22,192 nucleotides of DNA. Origin: Chthonomonadales bacterium. Its GTDB lineage: Bacteria; Armatimonadota; Chthonomonadetes; Chthonomonadales; CAJBBX01. The stretch covers positions 1 to 22,192 of the forward strand of contig JBMFSQ010000038.1 of NCBI GenBank assembly GCA_049967475.1. Reading direction: 5' to 3'. The position numbers and the translations under genes were made by a program. The notes beneath the pieces are model-generated. The model searched no databases and was not told the DNA's origin. It saw only the letters and a list, made by a program, of their open reading frames with translations. Positions 1 through 7,624 of the stretch are shown here, one piece after another; position 1 is the first letter of the stretch; the number at the start of each line of letters is the position of its first letter.

Positions 1-783
1 GTGCCGCTCGGCCCAGGCCACATATGCGAGTGACGCCAGGATTGGAAGGATCCACTTATCCTGGGGCGGCGGTCGAAGCGAGAATGAGGGCCGCACGGGG
101 GTAGCATCATACGGGTACTGCGGGGGTGCATACGGAATTTCGGCCGGGAGCGTAAACGCCGGCTCCACGGCTTGTGATGGGCCGGCGGCCCCAGGAGGAA
201 TGGTTTCCTCGGGCGGCACCAGGCCAAGGGGAACGGCGTAGGCCAACAGGCGCCCTCCTTCCGGGGAACGGTCCAGGTATCTCGGCGCCGGAGGAAGGGG
301 CTCCCATGGCGAATATTCGGGAACGACGGCCTTCGGCGAGAAGACTGTCTTCTGCGCGGCAGGTGAGAGCACCATCACCGGGTTTCCGCACGCGGCGATA
401 AGGACCGGCTCACCGTCTTCATGCGCGAAGACGAGGAGTCCAATGCGCAGCTTTCGTACCCTGCTATGGACGGTCTCTCCTGGTCTCATGAAGAAGACGC
501 GGGCGATGCGCGGCCTGCCGAGGCGGCTGGTACGCAGTGAGTGAAACAGGGCGAGCACCTCTTTTCTTGAGCGGCGGAAGAAGCGTTGGTAACGCCGCAT
601 GACCACGGCATCGGACGCAACGTGGCGGCAGAGGCTCTCCACGGTTTGTACAGGAATCCGTACAAAGGACCCCGGAGGGAGGTGATGTGGGGAGGCGTTT
701 GCGCGGGAAGGCAGAATGAGAACTGCCCACGCGCATCCAGTGGCGATGCATGCCTGCGCATTCAAGGCACGGAGGCGTAGCAT
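1..783 (-). CDS. Secreted protein with 'PVLIAACGNP' motif (DUF6777-like) and Pro-rich linker; 3' end lies outside the window
   Basis: Manual translation from ATG 783-781 stays open to base 1: MLRLRALNAQACIATGCAWAVLILPSRANA|SPHHLPPGSFVRIPVQTVESLCRHVASDAVVMRRYQRFF...VFAHEDGEPVLIAACGNPV...PPQYPYDATPVRPSFSLRPPPQDKWILPILASLAYVAWAERH. In-frame stop upstream at 840-838; signal-peptide-like N-terminus ending A-N-A. Absent from the ORF track because no stop falls in the window. Confidence 0.75.
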   Translation of the reverse strand, partial: MLRLRALNAQACIATGCAWAVLILPSRANASPHHLPPGSFVRIPVQTVESLCRHVASDAVVMRRYQRFFRRSRKEVLALFHSLRTSRLGRPRIARVFFMRPGETVHSRVRKLRIGLLVFAHEDGEPVLIAACGNPVMVLSPAAQKTVFSPKAVVPEYSPWEPLPPAPRYLDRSPEGGRLLAYAVPLGLVPPEETIPPGAAGPSQAVEPAFTLPAEIPYAPPQYPYDATPVRPSFSLRPPPQDKWILPILASLAYVAWAERH

Positions 784-921
784 TTTGGTAGGAGGAACAG
801 AGTTGCCGAGCGAACCCGACCGTTTGGCGGGGACGCCTCAGGGCACTTGGAAATACTGGGAACGTCGAAGATACGCGTGGGCATGCCGCGGCATCCGTAC
901 GTTGCCCTATCCCCTTATATA

Positions 922-950
922 TTAGACGGGTTGCGGGAGTTTTCCGTTCG
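922..950 (-). promoter_or_regulatory. Putative ECF-sigma promoter for the 1..783 gene
   Basis: Minus strand CGAAC-ggaaaactcccgcaacc(17)-CGTCTAA; same AAC-N17-CGTCTAA architecture as 6119..6148. Confidence 0.55.
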
Positions 951-1764
951 AGACGGCGGCCTGAAGCGATCGGCAGGTTATCCCAGTACATTTGCGGGTT
1001 TTTCGCGCAGATCATACCCCAGCATGGCTCCAGAACATGTGGAGGCAGGCGTCCATCATTTGAGCCCGGCGGAGGTCTTGCCAGCACAAGGCGCGGGTGC
1101 GCTGGAGATTATCTCTAGAGTTTGTGGGGACTGGAAGCACTGGATGGGCGAGGTGGCGCTCCGCCCACGCCTGGAGAATGCTTCCACAAGTGTCTATCGA
1201 GGTTGCAGCCGCCGCCTGCCTCGCCCGACGGCAACAGGGCCAGGTCGGCGATCCGCCACTGATGGGGCGAAGGAACCAGGGATGACCGGCGCGGCCGATC
1301 CATGCCCGATCCCGCGCTTCGGAAGCGTGTGGGCCGGCTGGGGAAGACGTTTTCATCCCGACATCTCGGGATTACGGCGACGCCGGTGTCGAGGATCGAA
1401 GGGCCGAGCTCCGAAGCGGCGCAGAGGTTACGGCAACGAACGATCGAACCGGGGTTCGTGGGATCTCCTCAAGGTTGGGCGGAATGGCTCTATGCATGCG
1501 GGCTCGCACGGGCAGGCGCGTGCCTGGGATCGGCGTGGCCGTCCGGACAAAAAAATACCTGGAAACAGGCTCGCCTTGGCTGTTACCGTCATCCGCGGTG
1601 CGGCCCCAAGTTCCGAGAGCGCGCCGCTTCCAACCTGCACTTTGGGGGGAAGGTGAGGCATATCCGAAATCCCGGTGAGGTAGTTGGTTGTGCGGGATGT
1701 TGTGGCGTTGCCGGGCCACAGGCAAAGCATCGGGCCGGCGGCGGATTGACCCGTGCTTCGCTCC

Positions 1765-2673
1765 TCACCATGGGCTGTGGTCGAAAACACAGACTTCGCC
1801 CGTAACAGGTGAAGCATAGAGCAACCGTCGTGCTTTGCCGTGGAGCGCCTGGGCCACGGCCAGATACAACCAAACGGGTGCCTGTCCGGTGAGGATTACT
1901 TCATTGCCTTCGCCGGCCAGCGCCCGAGCCTGTTCTACGTAGGCAGGCAGTTCGTCCAGCCGCGCCGTGCTTTCGTAGAAGGAGCTCAGGTCAATGACCA
2001 CGCGGCCACCAGAAAGCTCAACATCGGGCGCCGATGCCAGAAGGACGCGAAGTTCCTGCGGGATCGTTTTGGCATCTTGCTCAATAGACTGGGCTTTAGG
2101 CGCATTTGCGATCATGGCGCAGTGTGCCAGATCGCTCCGGAGATGTACCAGTCTGTTCCAGAGCTGGGCCAGTTCATCCGCTCTGGAAAGCCGGGCAAAC
2201 CAGTTCGGAACCTCGGCATCTTCGCCTCGCACGCGGGCAGCGGCAGCACCGAGGGCCCGTGCGGCTTCTTTCCGATCGGCGTGGCGGAGCCAGTCCCCAC
2301 TCCCCCGGCAGAGCAGCACGTACGACACCACCCATTCGCGAGCGGGGAGGATGGCCTGGATCAGCAGGCCTTTGTCAACGTAGCTCTGAACAAGGGCGAG
2401 TTGTTTAAAGAGGTTCTGCGGATTAAGCCGATCGGGGGCCTCGTGCGCGAAGGATGCGATTTCTTTGCGGACTTCCGCTTCGATGACGTCGAACGGCTTT
2501 GCCCATCGGGTGGTCTCCCCCAAGACTTCATCCAGCATGGTCTGGATAGTGTGGGCGAGCTTCATGGCATCCTGCGGGCGGGCCACCTGCACGGCTTGGG
2601 AGAAGGCGCCCGGTTTTCTTCCCAGGTTCTGAAGCCGTCTGGGCTGGTCGCCGGCATTCTCCGTCTGCCACAC
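1765..2673 (-). CDS. C-terminal fragment ORF: HEPN-containing region plus Csx3/Crn3-like domain (may be translated separately)
   Basis: 302-aa ORF whose GTG overlaps the upstream TAG; Rx4H motif RSDLAH; last ~80 aa resemble Csx3. Confidence 0.5.
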   Translation of the reverse strand: MWQTENAGDQPRRLQNLGRKPGAFSQAVQVARPQDAMKLAHTIQTMLDEVLGETTRWAKPFDVIEAEVRKEIASFAHEAPDRLNPQNLFKQLALVQSYVDKGLLIQAILPAREWVVSYVLLCRGSGDWLRHADRKEAARALGAAAARVRGEDAEVPNWFARLSRADELAQLWNRLVHLRSDLAHCAMIANAPKAQSIEQDAKTIPQELRVLLASAPDVELSGGRVVIDLSSFYESTARLDELPAYVEQARALAGEGNEVILTGQAPVWLYLAVAQALHGKARRLLYASPVTGEVCVFDHSPW

Positions 2674-2900
2674 TAAACACTAATGTCTACGGGGCGAAGC
2701 TTCGTGCCAATGCGGTCTTGAAGCGTTAGGAAGTGCTCACCTTTCCGAACCTGCGGGGTCAGGAACACAACAACTTCATCCGGAGAGAACAGCTCCGCAG
2801 CCGCAAGAGGGAACAGGTGCGTGGGCTCCGCCTTCCGTGTCCCCAAACAATAGGTAACGGGTTCGTACCTGCCGATGCCGAGGAAGGTGGCAAGCTTCAT
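1765..2900 (-). pseudogene. csx1: Disrupted TM1812/Csx1-family CARF-HEPN nuclease fused to C-terminal Csx3 (Crn3)-like ring nuclease domain
   Basis: 2900..2673 encodes a TM1812-like N-terminus (MKLATFLGIGRYEPVTY...FSPDEVVVFLT...LRPVDI) then TAG; 2673..1765 in another frame encodes the helical/HEPN part (AREW, R-S-D-L-A-H) and a Csx3-like tail (VILTGQAPVWLYLAVAQALHG...SPVTGEVCVFDHSPW). The DxTHG CARF motif expected in between is absent. Confidence 0.75.
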
Positions 2901-2981
2901 TGGAGTTCAATGTGCCTCCTCTTCACGGAAGTGCCCGATTTTCTGCGGGCTCGGTGCGGATCCAAGGGTGGGCGGCAGGCG

Positions 2982-3848
2982 TTATGCAGATACCTGGTTC
3001 GGCGCAGGCCGGTACCTCTGTCGAGACGGTGCTTTCGCCGAATGCGCGTTCTGCGTTTTATCACAAACACCATCTTCGATGCCAACCCCGGCCGGTTGAT
3101 CCCGGGCTTGGATGGACGTGCCGAAGAGGCTGTTGAGGTTGGCATCACCCCATATCAGTACGCGTCCGGACAGCACCGCGAAGCCGCGCACGAGTACGGG
3201 AAACGGCAACTGTGAGAGGTCGAAGCCCGAAGCGAGATGATGCCCCACCCATCGAAGGGCGGCTTGAGGCAGGGGCACCGGAAGGCCGGCGACGCGCATC
3301 CGATCCCAATCGAATGCCAACCGTGCGGGCGGTTCCAGGCGGGGTTCCATCTCAATCGTAAAGGGCCAATCCTTTCCCAGCCACCTGCGTGCGGCGAATA
3401 CGGTCACCACTTGCGGCCGCAGGTGGACGGATCGGATCTGAAGGCCTACCTCGGAGCCCGCGGACCATGTACGGGTGTACTTCGTGAGATCCGCCTCGGA
3501 TAGGGTGGCGACGAAGGATGCGCTTCCTAAGGAGATTACGCGTTTGCGCGCAACGTCCACCACAAGGTCTCGTATCTCCACATGGAGGCGGGCGAGGCGG
3601 ATGGCGCCATGCAGGTCCACATCAGCGCCATCCACCGTCACCCGATGGAGTTTGCCTTCGATGGTACGCCCTGGTGGGTTGTCTACGTGGGCTCGCCAGG
3701 CGCGGGCGTCACCCACAATCTGAGGAAGGTAATCCCGTATCGCCCGCTCCGCAGCGCGGTTGATGGTGCGGCCGCAGCCTGCCGTTTGGATGATCAGGCA
3801 GGCCAGCAGGCTGAAGCATCGAATGCCGCCCTGCGGTTGGAGCTTCAT
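2982..3848 (-). CDS. DUF2993/LmeA-like putative lipid-binding lipoprotein
   Basis: Hydrophobic N-terminus with lipobox-like TAGC; beta-rich pattern GKLHRVTVDGADV, ATLSEADLTKY, FDLSQLPFPV. Start ATG 3848 or GTG 3857. Confidence 0.65.
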   Translation of the reverse strand: MKLQPQGGIRCFSLLACLIIQTAGCGRTINRAAERAIRDYLPQIVGDARAWRAHVDNPPGRTIEGKLHRVTVDGADVDLHGAIRLARLHVEIRDLVVDVARKRVISLGSASFVATLSEADLTKYTRTWSAGSEVGLQIRSVHLRPQVVTVFAARRWLGKDWPFTIEMEPRLEPPARLAFDWDRMRVAGLPVPLPQAALRWVGHHLASGFDLSQLPFPVLVRGFAVLSGRVLIWGDANLNSLFGTSIQARDQPAGVGIEDGVCDKTQNAHSAKAPSRQRYRPAPNQVSA

Positions 3849-3870
3849 TGCGGGCACCGTTATGCACCTT

Positions 3871-4881
3871 CTAGCGGGCTGGGGCGGCTTCCAGGGTCAT
3901 GGCGCTGCTATGGCCGGGGAAGGCCTTGGCGGTGGGATCTATATAGGTCTTGGCGATATTGACCGCGATGCATGCCTCGCCGACACCTGTGGCGATGAGC
4001 TTGAGCTTGCCGTCATAGGTGCAGATATCTCCGGCGGCATAGACGCCAGGGAGGTTGGTTTCCATTCGGGAGTTCACTACAATCTGGTTGCCGTCCAAAG
4101 CGAGGCCCCATTCCTTGATGGGTCCGATGCTTGCGTTGAAGCCGATATTCACGAGGGCGGCATCCACCTCCAAAGTCTCTTCCTCTTGCGTCTTGTTGTT
4201 AAAGATCACCACGCGCTCCAGGCGGTCCGTTCCTTCGATGCGGCGCATCTCCCACCAGAGCTTCACTTTGACGCTGGATCGGTGGAAGAGCCAATCCACA
4301 CTCTCTTCGTGGGCGCGGAAGACGTCCCTTCGGTGGATGAGTGTGATGGAGGAGGCGACCGGTTCCAAGTTCATGGCCCAATCGAGGGCGGAGTCGCCGC
4401 CGCCTACGATGAGGATGCGCTTGCCGCGGAAGGCTTCTTTGTTGCGCACAAAGTAGTAAACGCCACGGCCCTCGAATTCCATCATTCCCGGCACATCGAG
4501 CCTCTTGGGGGCGAAGGCACCGGCGCCTGCGCAGATTACTACGGTGCGTGAATAATGGGTGGCTTTGTCTGTGCCGAGTTTGATGAGGTTGTCTTCCGTG
4601 CGCTGCAACGTTTCTACGCGCTCGCCGAGTACCACCGTGGGGTCGAAGCGCAGACCCTGCGTGATCATCTCATTGGCGAGATCCCTGGCCAGGATTTTGG
4701 GAAAGCCCGGCATGTCGTAAACGTATTTTTCGGGGTACAGGGCGGTAAGCTGGCCGCCCAGTTCCGGGAGGCTGTCTATGATTTTGGTTTTGAGCCCGCG
4801 CATACCGGCGTAAAACGCGCCGAAGAGACCTACGGGCCCCCCGCCGATTAGGGTGGTGTCGAATACGTCCAGATCGGTCAT
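3871..4881 (-). CDS. yumC: Ferredoxin--NADP+ reductase, thioredoxin-reductase-like (YumC type)
   Basis: GGGPVG FAD motif, GGQLTALYPEKYVYDMPGF, GGGDSA NADPH motif, GVYAAGD, C-terminal PGHSS; GRGVYYFV in place of the TrxB CxxC; GGAGG RBS. Confidence 0.9.
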   Translation of the reverse strand: MTDLDVFDTTLIGGGPVGLFGAFYAGMRGLKTKIIDSLPELGGQLTALYPEKYVYDMPGFPKILARDLANEMITQGLRFDPTVVLGERVETLQRTEDNLIKLGTDKATHYSRTVVICAGAGAFAPKRLDVPGMMEFEGRGVYYFVRNKEAFRGKRILIVGGGDSALDWAMNLEPVASSITLIHRRDVFRAHEESVDWLFHRSSVKVKLWWEMRRIEGTDRLERVVIFNNKTQEEETLEVDAALVNIGFNASIGPIKEWGLALDGNQIVVNSRMETNLPGVYAAGDICTYDGKLKLIATGVGEACIAVNIAKTYIDPTAKAFPGHSSAMTLEAAPAR

Positions 4882-4990
4882 GGATGCAGTTCCTCCGCGA
4901 ACGTTCCAGGATGTTATGGTGAACAGACCACTCCGCAGCTCGTTGCGCGGAGCGGCCGGCTAGGCTTCTCGCCGACATGGGCGGGGATGC

Positions 4991-5362
4991 CTAGGGAATG
5001 GCGCTACCTGCCGTTCGGGGGTCCGGTTCGTAGCGACACCCGTATTGGTCGGTTTCCCACACGGTGACGGCGGCAACAGGCAGGCGCATCGCCTGTAACC
5101 GGTCGAAGAGCCACCGTGCGATGTTCTCGGCCGTCGTGGGCCCATCGAGCACTTCGTTCAAATAGGTGTGATCCGGGAGGATGCGCTCAACGGCGTCCCG
5201 CAGGTCTGCAAAGTCCTGAAGCATCCCCAATTGATCCAGCTCCGAACCCGAGAACTCGGCTTCCACGCGGTAGCCGTGTCCGTGGAGATGCGCGCACTTC
5301 CCCTTGTGGCCGGGGATGCAATGGGCCGCTTGAAAACTTGCGCGTACTATGAGCGTGTACAT
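4991..5362 (-). CDS. queD: 6-carboxy-5,6,7,8-tetrahydropterin synthase
   Basis: FQAAH, KCAHLHGHGY, DHTYLNE, TTAENIA, VWET motifs; ATG 5362 preceded by GAGGG. Confidence 0.92.
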   Translation of the reverse strand: MYTLIVRASFQAAHCIPGHKGKCAHLHGHGYRVEAEFSGSELDQLGMLQDFADLRDAVERILPDHTYLNEVLDGPTTAENIARWLFDRLQAMRLPVAAVTVWETDQYGCRYEPDPRTAGSAIP

Positions 5363-5416
5363 TGCGCCCTCACACACTTGCCGGCGTCCACAAGACCGTG
5401 CATGGCTGCCTAGGCG

Positions 5417-5764
5417 TTACGGATACTCCGCGGTAATCGTGGTCGAGATGCCGCCGCGCACATTGAACTGGCCCACCACCTTCATACGGCGGGGCGCACA
5501 GGCCGCCACGAGGTCATCCAGGATGCGGTTCACCACGGCTTCGTAGAAGATACCCTGCTGGCGGAAGCCGAACAGGTAATACTTAAGGGATTTGAGTTCC
5601 ACGCACTTGCGGTCCGGAACATACTCCACGGTGATCGTACCGAAGTCCGGGAGGCCGGTGATCGGGCACACAGAGGTGAACTCCGGGCACGTGTGGATGA
5701 TGACGTAATCGCGATGGGGTTGCGGGTTCTCGAACACGTGGAGCTCGTTCGGCGCTTCCTGCAT
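5417..5764 (-). CDS. queF: NADPH-dependent preQ0 reductase, unimodular QueF
   Basis: PEFTSVCPITGLPDFG, VELKSLKYYL, FNVRGGI; ATG 5764 with GGAG/AGG upstream. Confidence 0.93.
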   Translation of the reverse strand: MQEAPNELHVFENPQPHRDYVIIHTCPEFTSVCPITGLPDFGTITVEYVPDRKCVELKSLKYYLFGFRQQGIFYEAVVNRILDDLVAACAPRRMKVVGQFNVRGGISTTITAEYP

Positions 5765-5802
5765 CCTGGGTCTCCGGTACCGGTATCGTCTGCACGGATG
5801 CC

Positions 5803-5832
5803 AGTTTACCCGTGATGAAGCCTCGGGGTCAA
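5803..5832 (-). promoter_or_regulatory. Sigma70-type promoter for queF
   Basis: TTGACC-N18-TAAACT, -10 element ending 38 nt upstream of the queF ATG. Confidence 0.6.
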
Positions 5833-5931
5833 ACAGGCAATCCGGATGGCGAACGGGGAATGAGTGGCGCTCCGAACGGCCGGGAGGCACCGCTCCTCGC
5901 GGATGAGGCGCTATTGCGATGGAGAGGCAAT

Positions 5932-6006
<75 letters not shown>

Positions 6007-6018
6007 GCTGCTGCGCCT

Positions 6019-6027
6019 AATATACCA
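6019..6027 (-). promoter_or_regulatory. Extended -10 element for tRNA-Val
   Basis: TGG-TATATT 12 nt upstream of the tRNA 5' end. Confidence 0.45.
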
Positions 6028-6118
6028 CACGTGGGGCGCTTCCTGGCAAGCGGCGCGCCGGGGGCGGTTTCTTGAAGGATGTGGGCGCCGAACTCAGAAC
6101 AGATAATCCGGAGGGGCC

Positions 6119-6148
6119 GGTAACCTTCGTCAACGTGGCGCCGTCTAA
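6119..6148 (+). promoter_or_regulatory. Putative autoregulatory ECF promoter
   Basis: GGTAAC-cttcgtcaacgtggcgc(17)-CGTCTAA upstream of the ECF sigma gene; matches the general ECF AAC...CGTC pattern. Confidence 0.65.
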
Positions 6149-6240
6149 GGAACGAATGCCTTGAATTCCGTATTCCAGGATCGGAACCCTGCACCATGCG
6201 TGCCCAGGAGCAGACCTGTCCGCTCAAATGGAGCGACGCC

Positions 6241-6828
6241 ATGAGTTGTGAGCGGACGGCAGCCAAGGACGCCGACGGAGACTTGGTCTCCCGCTTCCTT
6301 GCCGGCGACCGCTCCGCCTTCGATGCACTCTTCCAGCGGCACCAGGACTATGTGTACCGCATCGCTCTGGGCATCGTGGGGGACGCAGAAGACGCCCAGG
6401 ATGTGGCCCAAAATGCCTTTCTGCAAGCATACCGGTCCATGGGGTCCTTCAGGCGAGGCGCGCGGTTCGCCACGTGGCTCTACCGAATAACCGTCAATTG
6501 TGCCGTGGATGCGCTTCGCGCGGCAAAGGCCCGCCGAGCGGTTCGCCTCGATCACGTGGCTCCTGTGCTGTCCGACACTTCGGACGGTCCTGAAGCTGTT
6601 GCGCAGCGGAATGCACAAGACCTTGTTGTGCGCTGCGCTCTGGCAGCGATCCCGGTGCGGTACCGGGATGCCTTGGTGCTTCGATACTACGGGGATTTGA
6701 GTCTGGAGGAAATCGCTGAAGTGCTGGGATGTTCCGTCGCGGCCGCCAAAGTGCGCCTTCACCGCGCGCGCCTTGCGTTCAAGGAGCGTTTCGAGCACCT
6801 AGGCTTCGGAGAAGAAGATGGCGATTAG
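6241..6828 (+). CDS. ECF (RpoE-family) RNA polymerase sigma factor
   Basis: Region 2 DAQDVAQNAFLQAY, FATWLYRITVN; region 4 LSLEEIAEVLGCSVAAAKVRLHRAR. Start ATG 6241 (GGAG upstream) or 6196. Confidence 0.93.
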   Translation: MSCERTAAKDADGDLVSRFLAGDRSAFDALFQRHQDYVYRIALGIVGDAEDAQDVAQNAFLQAYRSMGSFRRGARFATWLYRITVNCAVDALRAAKARRAVRLDHVAPVLSDTSDGPEAVAQRNAQDLVVRCALAAIPVRYRDALVLRYYGDLSLEEIAEVLGCSVAAAKVRLHRARLAFKERFEHLGFGEEDGD

Positions 6829-7624
6829 CCGGTGCAAGGAAGTTCGAAACACACTCGGCGCCTTTGTGGATGGAGAGGTTTCCGCTGCCGAGCGCGGCCG
6901 CATCGCCCAACATCTTGCTACTTGCGCTGCTTGCCGCCGCGAGGAGCAAGCGCTGCGCCAGGCCCTAGATGCGTTGCGACACTCGCGGCCCGAGGCTGCC
7001 CCCAGCGGGTTGCAGACCGGCTTCTATGCTCGCCTGGCCGAACCTCAGCCCGTTCGGATGCCCATACTTGGCTTCGCCCGTCCGTTAGCTGGGTTGGTGG
7101 CAGTACTCTTGCTCATTGCTTTCGTGCGGGCTTTGCCGAGGTACGCTGCCGGCCGGGCGGGCAGGCCGGTTCCTGCTCCCTCTTCAGCGCCTTTGCGTGT
7201 TGCGGTCCCCTTGATCTCGGGGACACCCAGCGCCACCACCGGCAAAACGGTGCAGCCGCGGCGCCGCATCGCATCGGTGTCCCTTGCGGTGTCCCCGCGC
7301 CCCCGGCCAAAGGTGGCTTCGGTTCAAAGGCGCGCGCCGAAGCACCAGCCCGAGCCGCAGGACTTCTTGGACGTGGTTCCTGCTGTGGGACCCAGCGCCC
7401 GCCAGCGAATGGCCGCGATTGCCGCAGCACGAGCCGCCAATCCAGCAGAGGAACGGAACACGGTTCTGGAGCAGGGCTATATTCCCGTGCGGCAGGATCG
7501 CGTGCGGGTGGGCACCGGCGTGATTGAAATCCGCACCGCATACCGGCCCGGCGAAGACGGCTTCCCGGCGGCAGTCAACGTAAACGTCAGCGCCGTGCGA
7601 ACTCCCGAGGTGCAACAAAGATGA
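6818..7624 (+). CDS. Zinc-binding (zf-HC2/ZAS) transmembrane anti-sigma factor
   Basis: C...HLATCAAC (Hx3Cx2C), one TM (LAGLVAVLLLIAFV), Pro/Arg-rich linker; overlaps the sigma gene by 11 nt. Confidence 0.88.
   Translation: MAISRCKEVRNTLGAFVDGEVSAAERGRIAQHLATCAACRREEQALRQALDALRHSRPEAAPSGLQTGFYARLAEPQPVRMPILGFARPLAGLVAVLLLIAFVRALPRYAAGRAGRPVPAPSSAPLRVAVPLISGTPSATTGKTVQPRRRIASVSLAVSPRPRPKVASVQRRAPKHQPEPQDFLDVVPAVGPSARQRMAAIAAARAANPAEERNTVLEQGYIPVRQDRVRVGTGVIEIRTAYRPGEDGFPAAVNVNVSAVRTPEVQQR

Noticed and set aside
1126..1137. 12-mer GGGGACTGGAAG shared with the repeat at 22075-22086
   Set aside because: A 12-nt match is expected by chance in 22 kb of GC-rich DNA and the palindrome core is absent
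847..1656. 269-aa plus-strand ORF in the intergenic gap
   Set aside because: TTG start, Arg/Gly-rich composition, no motif; overlaps the predicted promoter of the left-edge gene
4991..5764. queD/queF as part of a 7-deazaguanine DNA-modification (dpd) defence island
   Set aside because: No dpdA/tgt-like or other dpd genes; housekeeping context
5765..5931. preQ1 riboswitch upstream of queF
   Set aside because: No preQ1-I stem with A-rich tail visible, and the predicted promoter leaves only ~30 nt of leader
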